Shown here piece by piece: positions 25,298-39,789 of a DNA stretch of 64,000 nucleotides. Below the pieces are notes generated by a model. The model was not told the origin of the DNA. It worked only from the letters and a program-made list of their open reading frames with translations, and made no database searches. This stretch comes from Seison nebaliae (taxonomy: Eukaryota), in the NCBI GenBank assembly GCA_023231475.1, contig JALJEE010000562.1, positions 1 through 64,000 of the forward strand, read 5' to 3'. A program made the position numbers and the translations under genes. The first letter of the stretch is position 1. Every line of letters begins with the position of its first letter.

Positions 25298-27542
25298 TAT
25301 TTCATCACACAACAAGTTATGCATATTCATACGAACAATGATAAGCGCCTCTATGAAATGTGAGAAATCAATGGAATCGTATAAACAATACAATGTTCTG
25401 TGTAGGAGATTGAAGAATGAAGAAAAAAATAAATATTGTACTGTTAATTCTTCCATTATCAATATGTGTGCACTACTTGTGCATTATGTGTGCAGTTACT
25501 TATAGGAGTAATGTAAGAAAAAATTAATTTGTATCTTCCAGTTCATGTATGAAACACGATGATGCATGATTAGTTTAATAAGTGAAAGGAATATATTATA
25601 TCATTGTGTGTAGTATTAGTCTAATCGTATTAGAGGGAGATATAATAATCGAATGGGGAAAACCGATCGACTATTAACTTTCATGTTTTTTCTTTTTTCA
25701 TTCTCCACATGATTTCATGACAACTGATCAATATTTTAATAAGTTTCAAATACTTCCAATTTATTCCATTTTCATCTTTCAATTTCTAAAAAACCATCGA
25801 ATTTCGAAATTCAACAGACTTTTCCATAATCGGTTATTATCTTTTCAATTCTCCTACGTCTTTCTTTCAAAACAACTGAAACTTCCTTTCCATATCTTCC
25901 GGTTTTTTATGGAGTAATATGGAAATAATTTTTTTGAAAATTTGCAATATTCTTCTCTAAGGTCATAATGAATATGATATTTTTGTTCTTACAGGAAATT
26001 GCCAATAAGAAATTTTACCACGAAATATGTCTCGATTTGTTCTTAGCACTAATCGTTAAAATTAATTCGTGTATAGTTCTGGAAGAAGAATAATTATTAA
26101 TTTTCACATTATTTAATTTTGGGTGTTCTAGATGTGTAAGTTTTTTTTTTCAATATTATCTTCTCTCCCATGTTCGTGTGGAGAAAATAAATATTTTTAT
26201 TTAGTATTAGTCTGCTCTGAAGGAAATGTGGAGTGGAACGAAATGCATTGTATAAATTTTTCTATTCTTCATTTGGAAAAAAAATAATGGTTGCATATTC
26301 ATTCATTCATTCATTTATTTTGATAGGAAAAGAATTGATACGAAAACAGAGAGAATTCGAAATGGAGAACTGTTTGTTTTATTATTTTGCGGTTACATGC
26401 CGGTGTTCGTTCGTTAGTAGTGGTGGGAGAGAAGTAAGTCAGATGATAAAAGAAATGGTGGCTTGGAGGACAATTACTGTCATTCAGTTCCACCTAAACA
26501 AAACAGAAGAAATTGAAAGAGATGAGTGGAGGGGAGGGAAGATATGGTATTTAGGGAGAACAGGAATTATTTAATGTAATCTCATCTCAAGTTCTCTGAG
26601 GGAATGCGTAATTTGCGTTCATTTAAGAAAATAATCAAATTGATATTGAATCGATACTATTGATGGTATATAGGATACATCGTCTACGATATAACCCACT
26701 GAAGTGATGCTCATCAATTACCGAATGACAGGAATTACTGGAAACGGAAATCCGATTAGGCGATGAATAGATAATCTACTCGACTTCTTTTATTTTCATT
26801 ATTACATTTTCATCAGTCTTCTTATTTAATTGGTATAATGTAAGTGCGAGAGATAAAATAGAAAACATTCTATCAACATGATCTCTTCCATCTCTCTGAC
26901 GAAAGATGAAGATGAAATATATTCATCAATAGCAACAACGGTAAATTGGTAATGTTATTACAATACGATTTATGTGCAAATGAGATATAATTCGTTAAGA
27001 CTTTAATAAAATCATCTTCATTTGTTTCTTTAATGTAATAATAATAATTTACCATACCTTTGAAATGAATTCAATTTAAATTTATTATCTTTCTCATTTT
27101 TCATTGATGCCCACAACTAAATATGTTCCCATATTTTTAGTAGTTGTATCAGAATTCAGACCACTCATTATTTTACAAGTCATTATACAATAAATATACA
27201 AACCAGACACGTTTTCGAAAGATATGTTTGGAGAATGTGAATTTAAAATTAAAAATTTAGAAGTTTTCTATCCAATTCGAATGAAGAAATGAAGTAATTT
27301 TATTTAGAAATAATCGTTCTGTTTTCCACTTTCTTCTCGAGAATTCTCTAATGTAATTATTCTGCACAAAATCTTCCATCACAAATGCACAAATCAGATA
27401 TGAAATCCCGAAAGCATCGACACAAGAAGATCATTTTTTAATTCTACATCTCTTCTTTCCTATAAGATTGACGAAATAAATTTAAATGATTCCTGAAAAT
27501 TAAAGTTTCAGAAATTATCTGCGACTATTTGTCAGGAGGAGA

Positions 27543-28040
27543 TTATTCTTCTTCTTCCAATTGGTAACCTGAGAATGATGGGAAGGAATTGAATGGAAAG
27601 AAACCAGGAAACAGGTGATTGAATAGGATATTGATAAATTGGATTATCGAATTATTCCATTCGCTATTCGAATCTGTAACGTAAAATTTATCATTAGTCG
27701 ACAAAGAAAATAATGAGATTGGCCCAACATCTTTACTATTTCGTTTCTGAAATGGAAAGACTGTTATGAGGACGAAATGAGATTCTTCTATGAGGAATGA
27801 AAGATACATCTCATTATTTGGGATGTTTTTCTTACCATCATTGGATACTCGATGCCATGGTATGATGCATATCGTATCCATTAATCTAACTATAGCGTAA
27901 TGGACATCAGACAAGAATGTTTGTCTAATAAAAAAATTATTCTTTTCTTCCTTAATGTCTATTGTTTGACTTTCATGTGTCCATTCTCCGTCCACCGTGT
28001 ACATCTGAAACATTTGTAAATTTAGGAAATTCGACAACAA
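27543..28040 (-). CDS. Unidentified ORF or exon (up to 165 aa)
   Basis: Long stop-free frame for such AT-rich DNA, mixed composition, acceptor-like TTTCAG|ATG near 28005, and an X-box about 370 bp upstream. No homology recognised. Confidence 0.35.
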   Translation of the reverse strand: MLSNFLNLQMFQMYTVDGEWTHESQTIDIKEEKNNFFIRQTFLSDVHYAIVRLMDTICIIPWHRVSNDGKKNIPNNEMYLSFLIEESHFVLITVFPFQKRNSKDVGPISLFSLSTNDKFYVTDSNSEWNNSIIQFINILFNHLFPGFFPFNSFPSFSGYQLEEEE

Positions 28041-28409
28041 GCGAATGTAGTAAACGAATATACAGTCACATCATTCTATTCGTTCGAATTGAAGATGATG
28101 TGCGATGTAACGAATGATAAGGAATTGTAACATGATAAACAATCAATAATAACGATGCTATGAAATGAATATAGTACTACTGTTTCATATGATATTGACA
28201 GCTACGGAGAAACAGTTATGGACTATTAAAGGAATTAATAAATGTTTTATGAAGAAAATGGAATGGCTTGCAATATTCTTTGATTTCCCATATCACATTT
28301 CCATTGATGTAACACTTCCTCTCCAAGAACTTCATTCGGAATCAATGTTTCGGTCCATTATTTTGGATTTCGCCTGATTTTATCAGAAGTCAATGGAAAA
28401 TTGATCACG

Positions 28410-28423
28410 GTTACCAAGGCAAC
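28410..28423. promoter_or_regulatory. RFX X-box motif
   Basis: GTTACCAAGGCAAC (reverse complement GTTGCCTTGGTAAC), one mismatch from GTTNCCATGGNAAC. Confidence 0.55.
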
Positions 28424-31400
28424 CGATCAATATTATTTATGTCACCTGAATGATTTTTGATATATCGTATCTGGAGGGAGGGTAGGGTGTGCTAATATCA
28501 AGTCAATGTACCATATCTTCTTTGGGGAGGGGAAGAAGACGAACGACAAAAATGAAAGATGCCATTCACAGTTCTCTTCCTTCAGTTTTAACGACGAAAA
28601 TATTTGAAAGAAACATATTCATAAAACAAACTAATTATCTAAAACATAATTTGTCTTTCTGTTAAATTAAGAGAAAACATCTAGTACTAATGATAATCGT
28701 CATCTTTTAATTAGTTTTATATATATTATATTTACATTCTTTTATATGAATATAAATCGATATTTCCCTTCTTTCACCATTTCCTATTTCGCTCTCTCTT
28801 CTCTCCAACACGAGGATAACACGATTTCTTCAGATACATTTTCTGGCCCTAGCATGTTCATCGAAAATCACATCGCTCTATCTCACGCTCTTTAACTCAA
28901 TTTCAATTATCACTTTCTCGTGAGTTCCTACGACTAACACCAATTTATTATTATTACTTAATATTGAAAAAGAAGAAATTTAGAATAATCATTCACATGA
29001 TAACGAGATTTAGAGAATTGTATTCCATTTCGCCAATTTCACTTTTAACTTCGGTTTCAAATGTTTTATGTTTGAAAAAGAGAAAGATTGAAAAGCTTCT
29101 CATGTTTCATTCGGAAGAAGTTTCACCTAACAATTATCACATTAATCAAACGGGAATTATATGAAACGTGGTAATTGAATAAAACCGTCGATGATCAGTA
29201 GAGGAATGTTTAATGCAATAATATTACATTGTCGTTTATTAGAGATTCTTTTTTTTTTTGCTTATGATCAGGATTAATAAAATATAATTCTCTTCTAATT
29301 CCAATTCTATTCTCCTTCTCCTTCCAATTGTATTTTATGTTATTCCTTCCTTTTCCGCCGGTGATATTCGGAAGAATGAATATATGTCCGTGTATATATA
29401 TCGATATCCATCTCTCCCATGCTTCCACTATGAAGTTAGTGATAACTATTTGTATTTCATACATAATGCAACATTCATCAATTCTTCATCTCCAATAAAA
29501 AGAAATATCTTGACGTAATTTTTTCTTATTTTAATTCTTATTGTCGTTGTTGTTGTTGTTGTTGTTAATGGATATCAATAATGAATTTATATTCATCATC
29601 TTCTTCCTTCATCATTTATGCATCTAGTTGGGGAATGATAAGGACCTTTATATTATTTATTTATTCCTCCTTCCCAAATGATGATAATGATATTTGAGTT
29701 GCAAAGATACTATTTTCTGTCGTTAGAGGTTTCTCATCACTTAAGTCAAGTGAGAAATATTATGACGAGATATGTTCCGCTTGACGATGTTGAATGAATA
29801 TGGATAATAATGTATGTCTTCCCTCCCCGCCAACTCACAAGTGAAGCAAATGTAAATATTCGATTGATCGAATATTATGACGATATTCTTTCTGAAGGTG
29901 GAATGTTCTGGATGTTTATGATCTGACTACCAAAAAAATGTTGAAAAGCGAGAAATTTCATTTCCATCAGCTATGGACTCTCGAAGAGAAGGAAATCTTT
30001 TTTTCGATGTTAATCTTGTTTATTTTTTCATCCGAAATCAATTTTATTCTCCATCTTTTATTATTATCATTATTTTTTGTTCTTATCAAAAGTTATTCAC
30101 CTTATTTCTAGTCAATATTCTTCTTTTTGGAGGAGCCAATAACGATATTTATCGTAATTTAATTCGGATAAATAATTTAAGTTACTCTCAATCAACTTTC
30201 TAATTGATAATTACTTAGGGAATGAATAAGTTGAGGAAGATTTTTTCGCAGATTTTTCGAATATAGTTTCGGGTACGAAAAAAAAGAAATTTATTATTTC
30301 TATGCGGAATGGCATATAGAACTGACTAGATTTGTTAAGATTATTTTGAATGGAGAAGAATATCATAACTTTCTCCTTCTTATTCTTCTTCTTCTTCTTC
30401 GGGGAGGAAGATATGCTCAATGAGTATCTCTGATGAATACGTTCCTTTTCTTCCATACGTAAAATTATGGAAGCAAATTCACTCACACATTAGGATCTAT
30501 GTAAACATATACAGTTGATGTATTCAATTAAATAGACTGAATGCATTAGGATTCTTTCGATTTGTTCATCTTCATTGTTTCCTTCACAATATTCATAATA
30601 ATATAAATAGTGGGAAGGAAAATGGGGAGAGGAGAAGTGGAGTAGAGGAATGAAGAAGTTGAAGATCTGATATAGAAATTCAAACAATCGTACACATCGA
30701 ACAAATAGAACTTGAAAGTATACAATCCACGTCAAGAAAAAAAAATCTGTTATAAAAAGGAGAGATCGAAATGAATATTTAAAAATGGTTGTGGAACCAG
30801 CTTCTTCGACGACGTACGCTGAGAAACAAAGAATAGTAGAACAATTTTGAGACGAGGAGGAAAAGTGGCCGGTTCTCAAGAGTTTTCCCAATGCAATTTT
30901 AAGTATTCTCCTTATCGAAAACTTATTACGATATGTGATGTGTGTTTGGAAAAGTTGCCAATTCATCTACTTTATATGCTAATCGATAAGTTAAAAGATT
31001 CTTTACGGAACAATTGCTTCCATGTAAATAAAAGAATGAATGGTGATGTGGTAAAAGTTGAGAATGAATGCGATTGCAACTTGATTCGTTTTACTATTAT
31101 TATTATTCCTTATTAACTTCATTCTCATTTTCCCAAACACATAAACTCTCCATTCTCCTCCTCTCCGTTCCATTGATCAATTTTCGTTTTTTCAACTTCT
31201 TTCTCAGCAGAACCATTTCGACTAATAAAAATTCGACGTTATTGTTGTCTGTTGTGTGTAGAAGGAGGCGAAGGAACGGTTTTTCCTTTCCCGATGATTC
31301 TCCAACTCATGGACAGTTGTTCAATGTCGTCTTCATTCAACATTCATCAATGTAGACTGATTTACTTCAGGTAAAACGGACAGATCTGCTTCCTTTTTCT

Positions 31401-32685
31401 TTTAACAGGTAAATTTATCTAATTGTAATTTGCTTATTGGGATAACTTTGATAATAGTAGTATTGAGTTTTTAGTATTAGCAATATGAATGATTGAATGG
31501 TATCAGAAAACCATTGAGAATGTAGAAGTAGACGAATTGGGAGGCGAAATTATATCGATTATTATGTGAAAAGGAGATAATGCGTAAAAAATATGTGTTG
31601 AACTGTCCGGTTGTTGATAATGAAGGATTTCGAAATATTAGGAGGGTGAAATTGTCCGACAGCGGATACTCTTATCCACTTATTGGATGGCGGCTTTCTC
31701 CTAGAGCACAATGCATGATGGTGGTGATAATAGGAATAAGAGCAATTAATAAAAAGAATTATTCATATTACTTATTGTTTCTTGGGAAGGAATTGAATAA
31801 ATTAAAAAATAATAAAATTAATGACATAAAAGAAGAAGAAGAAGAATAAGCAGAAGAGGATGCATAATCGACTACTATGTTTGTATATTTTTATGTTGCT
31901 CAAATTTGTTTGTCTATAGTAGTATATGCGTTGTAGTAAGATGTGAGCAAAGAGAAATGTATCTGAATGCGGGGAGGAATGGGTACTAATTTAGCTGTTT
32001 CAGATTAAATGGAATGAATGAAGCTCGTTGAATATTAATCAATGGCAGATGTTGTGTGGAAAAAAGTGAGAAAAAAATTAAAGAGAATTTTCTCGTAGAA
32101 CCGACTATCTATCATTTTAATGATGATCTATAGTTTGCGCGATGTCTCCTCTCAATAGAGACTTTATTTTTGAAGTTGACAATAGTCATCTTCTCTCTTC
32201 CGTTCTTCCACCATTTTAATAATTTAGTTATACTAATAAATTTACTAGCAAAGTAATATAATGAATATTAAAAATCAGTCAATCAATCAATCAACCAATT
32301 AATCAATCAAATTAAGTAATCGATCGATAAATTGAGTCATTTCACCAATTATCTAAAATTTCCTTCGAAATTGTAGGAAGTACCAGGAACTATTCGTACG
32401 AGAAATGATGAGCATAGAGAAATGAATCAAATTAACGACGACGATTAATTCTCATTAACAATTTGAAAAAACTTCCTACTGATTTAATCGTTTTTTAATT
32501 TCCCTATAATCAATTAAAGTAGAAATTTTTTTGGAGATTGATGCCATTCATGAAATGTGAAATGATTTTCAAAAATATTTGATTCGGAAGGAATATGAAT
32601 GGAAAATTTCATCGATTATTGATCACTTAATGAGAAAGTAATTGCTATCATTTGCACAAAATTCTTCCTCTTCAATTTCGTGAAC

Positions 32686-34212
32686 ATGTCAAAACATGGT
32701 GAGATGAATAGAAAGAAAGAAGTGATACCTAATGGCGATAGTTCGTCATCATCCTCTAATTGGAGATTCCCATGTCATCGATCTAACGGTTGTGGCGTTT
32801 CCTCCAACTGTAACGGATGTACAAGAAGGAAGACCAACAGTAAAAGTTGTGTTTCTGCCAGTTGGGTTATGGCGTGTGGAGGGAAGAGAGCTAATAAAAT
32901 GGATGTTAGTAGTGGAGGCGAATATAGTGGTCGATGTGGTAGTAATGTATCGAGAATGAAGGATGAAGGAGAAGTTCCCGAAAAACAACAACAACAACAC
33001 CATTTATCTGAAAATCATTCTTTTAATGGATCATCATCAGTTTCGTCGTCATCCTCATCTCTTAGTAATCATGAAAAAAGGCAACAACAGAAACAACAAC
33101 AACAACAACTTAAATCTTCCACATTGACAAAAATGAATAAAGAAGAAAATACTTATAAGGAGACATATTGTGATGATATACATTCTACCGGTGACTCAAT
33201 ATTGTTATACTCAAAACAACAACAGCAACAACAACAACAGCGAACTCGAAAAAGTAAATCAAATAATGAAAGTGGAAGTGATTCTCATAAATATAAATCG
33301 GGCGGGAAACGTTCAACTAAATCGATTGATACACATGATCAACAACATAGTCGTTCCAGTTCGAAGAAGAAGGATGAACGAAATTTCCCCAAATCAACAT
33401 CATCTTCCTCCTCCTCGTCCTCCACATCTTCACCATCTTCTGCCTCATCAACATCCACCACAACTCCCACGCCCAATACGGTTTCTAAAGATCCTCTATC
33501 GAAAACGTCGTCAAAGAAAAATATAACGGCCGAATCGAACAATGAGAATGTTTTCACGTCAGATCATTCTTCTATCTCCTCATCTGATAGTTGTCATTGT
33601 CCCGAATGTGAACCGGATGGATTAATCGCTCAAATACTTCATTTGCAACTCATCCAATGTCAATTGGGAAAACATCTCGTACATTTGAAGCAGCAGCAAA
33701 CTCTTCTTTCCAACATCATCAATAGTACATTGGGTGAGGAGCATTCGTCAGATCCTGATCATTCAAGTTCAATAAAAAACTTATCGAATATTGACGAGAT
33801 GCGAGAACAATTAACTATGCTATCATTTAAGGAACACGATTTGCAGACACAATTAAATAAAGTTCAACGACAATTCATTTATTTACAACGACTACAACTC
33901 CAACAGATGACTGGTACAAAATCATCGAACAAACCGCCGAGAACAACCGATACCGACCCACAACCAAATTCGAACGATACCTCCTCAAATATTGTACATT
34001 CATCATTTACTGGAAGCATTCTATCATCTTCCTCATCTTCATCATCTGAAACGTCATCTTCCTCATCTTCATCTTCACCATCTTCCGCCAGATCACCACG
34101 AACGACTGAACAAGATCCCTCTCAATTGTCGCCCTCCGTTCCTTCAACTTTATCAAAAGTTAGTAAAATTTATCTCCTATCACATCTCCTTCAACAACAT
34201 AAACCCAGTTAA
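32686..34212 (+). CDS. Low-complexity Ser/Gln-rich protein or large exon with Cys cluster and coiled coil
   Basis: About 510-codon open frame, Cys-rich N-terminus, CHCPEC motif and heptad segment DEMREQLTMLSFKEHDLQTQLNKVQRQFIYLQRLQ. Likely donor AAA|GTTAGT at 34159, so the true 3' end may lie downstream. Confidence 0.7.
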   Translation: MSKHGEMNRKKEVIPNGDSSSSSSNWRFPCHRSNGCGVSSNCNGCTRRKTNSKSCVSASWVMACGGKRANKMDVSSGGEYSGRCGSNVSRMKDEGEVPEKQQQQHHLSENHSFNGSSSVSSSSSSLSNHEKRQQQKQQQQQLKSSTLTKMNKEENTYKETYCDDIHSTGDSILLYSKQQQQQQQQRTRKSKSNNESGSDSHKYKSGGKRSTKSIDTHDQQHSRSSSKKKDERNFPKSTSSSSSSSSTSSPSSASSTSTTTPTPNTVSKDPLSKTSSKKNITAESNNENVFTSDHSSISSSDSCHCPECEPDGLIAQILHLQLIQCQLGKHLVHLKQQQTLLSNIINSTLGEEHSSDPDHSSSIKNLSNIDEMREQLTMLSFKEHDLQTQLNKVQRQFIYLQRLQLQQMTGTKSSNKPPRTTDTDPQPNSNDTSSNIVHSSFTGSILSSSSSSSSETSSSSSSSSPSSARSPRTTEQDPSQLSPSVPSTLSKVSKIYLLSHLLQQHKPS

Positions 34213-36316
34213 ATTTTAGAACAATTTAATTTTAAATCGTAAAATTAGAGTGATTAATAAGATTCTCATTTTCAACCTGTAATTAGTTTGCCATCGTTTC
34301 CTTTCCATAATTTATGTAAAATTGTGCTTGCGAAAGGATTGTTGATGGACGAAGACAGATGACGGAGTCTCCGTCAGGGAAGGCGTAGAAGCAGAATAAG
34401 CTTCAACCAGAAGATAAAAATGTAGCAGGTTTTAATGAGAATAATTGATACTTTTCTATTCTTATAATCTAATCAGAATCATATTATTATTTTCTAATAG
34501 ATAGATCATCGTTCGATTTTCTGTCAATCAGAGAAAACAATAAGATTCATATAAATGTAATTCATCATCATCATCATCATCATCGTCATTTATATGTAGT
34601 TGATAATAGTAGCAGCGATAGGAAGAATTGGGCAGTAATATAATGCTTATTCTTCGATCATATATTAATATATATTATTCATATATGTTTATATATTATA
34701 TATCAGTCTTTTTTGACGTATATTAGAGAAATATTAGTTGATTTTAACGATTATTGAAGATGAAAAACAATTTTTTCCAAAAAAACTAATTCTGATGGAA
34801 GAGATAATCTTTCTCGATTAGACGAACAAAAATAAAGTTTTATGTTTCATTCGATTTTACACTTATCATCTTGTTAATCGCATTCTCCACATAAGAATAT
34901 TTCAAAATGAATTCATGTTCATACGATTATGGAGATAAATATTTATATTCCCGTCAAATTTTTACTTAAATTCAATTAAACTTAATTCTTCACTTGATCT
35001 ATATATGATGATGATAGATTATCGAAGTTAAATTATCGATGAGTAATTCGATGTTGTGTAGGACCCTAAGAATTAAAGAGAAATGAACGGTAACTTAAGG
35101 AATAATGATGGATTTAGACGTTAGAATTACACTAAAAATTATATCAATCTGGAACATCAAATGTTTATGGGAAAGGATTAACTTTTCATTTTATCTCTAA
35201 AAGATATCGAGATGAATCGAATGGAATTGAGTTGATATAAATGAAAATAAGTGTGGTATTAGTGTTGAGGGGAGTCATGATAAGATCGATGGATTGATGA
35301 AAGAAATTAATGGATTAATGTCCATCAAACGGGAAAAGAATCCAGGATGTTCCCCTTTCACTCATTTGCTAATAGGAGAGGAATGATGAGGAGAAAAGTT
35401 GGATAATTTCCTTATCAACGATTGATTAATCGGTCGTTCATTCGTTCGACTCTCCATCTGTTCGTCATAATAATGATGAAGTTGATGACGATCGTTACTT
35501 CCACTTGATTGTCGTTCGCCATTATACTTCTCCTGATTATGATTGTTTACCATCATCTATCGTTCGTTATCAGATGAATGGTGATCATTGTAAAATGATG
35601 ATGAGGAATTCATTAGGTATATGAAAGAGGAACAGAATGATGAGAGTCACTCTAGTTACACAGTCCCAAGTGAATGATAATGTATAGAACGTTTTTCGTT
35701 TATCTTCTCATTTCGTCCACAAATGACAAAGCAATCAGCCAAGTAGTACCTTCTTTAAACATCTATTTTTTTGGTGAAACTGGAAAACAAACCTGCTCAG
35801 AAAACTTCTTCTTCTTCCACCAACTAATATGACGATTATGTATATTCGAACGTCGTTCTATTTGTTGGTAGAGAAGAGAAGTAAATGAAATTCCTATTTC
35901 TTCTTCTTCCTCTTCTGAGAGAAGTTCCATTCATTTCCTCCATTTTGCTTCACTGCCCTTATTAGCAATTCAAGAAATTCCACCAATATGATGAACTGTA
36001 TTTATTAAAAAAACGAGTGAGTCTAATGTAGAAGGATGTCAAGGATGTTCATCCAACATAATGATTGTCATTATTATTATCGACTTTCTACTTTTATTTA
36101 ATTAGCAATGATCAATTGAACGTATCAATTCACATTCTGTCTATTTTCACTAAAAATAGAATTGTTTGAATGATGTAATTACATGTATTATTTACAGCCA
36201 AATTTTCTATCGTATCATCTTAACCAATAAAACTTTTTCTACCATATATTCTCTTATCACACATTTCCCGTCAACATGACATTCCATGGAATGAAATCCA
36301 CTTTCGTTCGAACTGA

Positions 36317-36375
36317 TCACACACACACACACGCACACAATTGCACAAAATCGCACACACACACACACACCCACA
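36317..36375. repeat. (CA)n microsatellites
   Basis: Two CA runs. Confidence 0.85.
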
Positions 36376-39300
36376 TACATACGATGTTTCTCAATGAGAA
36401 TAATATTATTTTTATTGTTGTTGTTGTGTTTGAGGTCTATGTTACTTTCAACATTCGACTAGTGGGAGTGAGTTGATCGTCAAAATGTCGGGTGTAGACT
36501 CACCCTTCTGTCGTTGTCGGCACAAGTTATTAAGTTTCCATTGAACTCATCCAATTCATAATTTACAATTAGAGAGAATAATATATAACTAGATTTTCGT
36601 GAGAAGAAATCTCGAGTAATCTCATTCATCCAGAGACAATTGAATATTAAAGTCCTTCACGTACTACGGAGAAAAGGAGTTGAAGAAAATGAGATTCGGA
36701 ATAGACTTGATAATTTAAAATTGTTGCATAATCCATCGGATGGAGTTATGTAAGTGGAAATTTTATTATTCGTACGAGAAGATTGAAAAGAAAATCGCGC
36801 AATTTTCCCTGAATGAATGATTTACAGTCGAAGTTGAGAATATGGATTCTCTAATTATTTGACATGATGAATTATGAAGTTGGTGTCGAAGAAGAAGAAA
36901 TTTATGAATTTTCCTCTAATGATGATGCCATGATGACGATGGTGCCGGGAAATGTTTCATCTCACGATCTTACATCGAATTACTTAACCGATGTCTGCGA
37001 GGGGCAATAATTAATTCATTTGTCCAACTATCCTTCTTCTTTTTTTTTGTGTATTAACGAACCGATTTTCATTTTATTTCCAACTGATTTCCAATTTACG
37101 CGATAATGTATGATACTTTCACTTTTACACTACAAAAAAAAACAAATTTGTAGTAGTTTCTTCTGACTTGTTACGTAATAACCGGAGTGTATTCACGTAC
37201 TATTCTTTTTTTATTGTTAGTAGAAAATTAGATTGGGTAATATTTCCTCCTAAATTTGGCATGAACATGTTGTTAGATGTCGACAGATGGACGGATAGAT
37301 AAATAGATGAATGGATGGATAGTTTTTTGCTGGATGGATGGTCTGTTGGAATCGAATGGTGTTCCATACTATGGAACTTCCATACTGCTAGGTTAATAGA
37401 TCGAGACGTAATGCTGATGATGGAGGAGAGATAAGGAGAGAGGGGAAGAGAGAACGTTCAAAGAAGTAGCTGGAATTATTTTCTGTAACTAAAAGATGTG
37501 ACATAAGAGAATTTTCATGTCCATATGCAATCGTCTGCTTTTGTTTTCATGGGAATCAGTTTACCATGTAGCCGATTGTTTATTATGAATAGGCCATAAA
37601 CAAATTAATAGATATTTATTATTGGACAGCTTATTACTTTGCCCATTCCTTTGCCCATTCCTTTCTTGCCTAATAAGATAGCTAGTCAAACCTTACTACA
37701 TCTCCCACCACTCTCGTACAAATGGATAAGGGGAATGGATGAATGGATGAATGGATGGCTGGATAGTTAGCATTAGATAGCTAGCAAGCTAACCATTAGG
37801 ATATGTAGATAGATTGAATATGAAGAAGTCCATATGTTCATTAGATTATCTTCCGTTCTATACTATATTTCTTCCTTTTCTTCCTCCTCACTCTCCCCGT
37901 TCCCTCTCTCCTCCTCTTCCACTTTTTTTATGTTCCAATTTCCACTTTTTTTTTCATCATTCATCAAGTGATCTCTCGTATATTCATGCCTATTTCATCG
38001 ATTCGCATGCTCTTCTAACATCGTATTGATAATGAAATGTGCATATTAAATATTTGCAACTTCTCCTACTTTTTTATGTTCTTTTGTGTGAAAAGTAACC
38101 AAGTTGGAAAAGGGAATGAATAAAAACGAATAAATTTCCTAATTCTTTATCTTTCGTCCAATTCTTATCATCCAATTCCATCCCCATATATATCATATAT
38201 ATCATCAATATATTGACATAAATCACAATATTATAACTATCATCAGAAAATGAGTAGTGTTATTGGGAAGGGTTTAATGATTCCTCTCAAATTCCTCATG
38301 GGGATTTGTTTTCGTACCATTCATCCATTTCATATGTTGCCCTCTCTGATGCAGTCGTTGACCTTACATCTGTAAATGATTTGGTTTTCTTTTCATTATC
38401 CATCCATCATCGGTTAACCATTCGCTTTATGAATAAACCACAAAACGTTTCCAATCAATTTTTTATATTTCATTATTTTCTATCGACCCTCTCTTACTCT
38501 TCTCCTTTCATATGTACTCCCCTCTCTTTTTCAACTTTTCCGTCGAACTGACGAACGGAGAAACGATACTACTTTCGCCATTTTCTGATTTCAGTTCAAT
38601 TTGTCTGTTACTCAAATTGGTGAATCCTTCTCGATGAAGTGTAGTACTCCAGTCATACTCGCTTAATTGTTTCTGGTGTTCATTAAGGAATTTAAATGAT
38701 CTTGTAAACTGTAAATGATTTTGAAGTGATTTGGTAACACCAGATAAAATTAATGTAGAAATGGAAGAGAAGGCAGAGTAAGGAAGTTCGTTCGTTCACA
38801 ATAGAAGAAAAACAACAAGAAAATAATTATCTTCAACTGATTATTTCGTCTGTTTACCGTTACGACTACTAATTTTCGTTCCATCCAACCATCGATCGAT
38901 CTTCTCAAGAAAAAAATGAATTGTATTCACTTATGTATAAGCGCTACTCTTGATGTATATGCAATTATTGCATCGACATATAGGCATAACATGAACACAG
39001 GATGTTTAATGAAATTATTTGATGTTTAATAGTCTCGTTCGAGTACATTGGTGAGGGGGGTAAGGTTGACGAGGCATTATTAGAAATTACCGGCTGCTAC
39101 CGCAATTTCTTCTGTAAATAACTGTCTTTTTGAGAAATGTTTTGTTTTGTGGGGAAAAGAAAATATGATGAATTCAAAGAAATAATTATTATCATGAGAA
39201 TCGTTTCATTCTCTTCCTTTTATCACGTGGTGAGGACAGATATACCATAAATTTCAGTTTTAACACAAGTCACTACTTTTTGCACTTGGTGAAGTTTGGC

Positions 39301-39789
39301 AGCGGATTGATTGTTCAGAGAATTAATCGATTTATTTAGTTTCTTCTTTCTCCCAAATAATTATGTAAATCAAATAAATAAAATTTAATGGTAGTTTGAT
39401 CGAAATTAATATAACTCATAAAATTAATGTTCATATTTTATTGGAACAGATGTTCAACTTATGAAATTTTTGCCTTATCAGTTTCCATTTAATTTTTCCT
39501 ATTTCCTTTTCATATTCCTCTTATTCTTTCAAATATTAATCAAAAGTTTACACAGTTTTTTCCAGAAGGAGAGAATAGTCGAACGGATAAGGAAATCGAA
39601 TAGTTGAAAGTTGTTTAGTCTACAAAATAATGGTGTAAGCTATACAAATAATTGAAGTATTTCCCACATTTTCTTTCCATCTCTAAAATATAAATTTAAA
39701 TAGATAATTATTTATCATCGTTTAAGAGTGAAAAACATCGCTCTTTTTAAGAATGCGATTACTATTATAATGATAAAGAAAAAAACTTC

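Noticed and set aside
30211..31849. Cluster of 89-158 aa ORFs
   Set aside because: F/I/L/S-biased translations typical of AT-rich non-coding DNA. No consistent exon chain found.
35362..35612. Coding-like His/Ser-rich minus-strand stretch
   Set aside because: Interrupted by TAG, short and without homology. It cannot be distinguished from trinucleotide-rich non-coding DNA.
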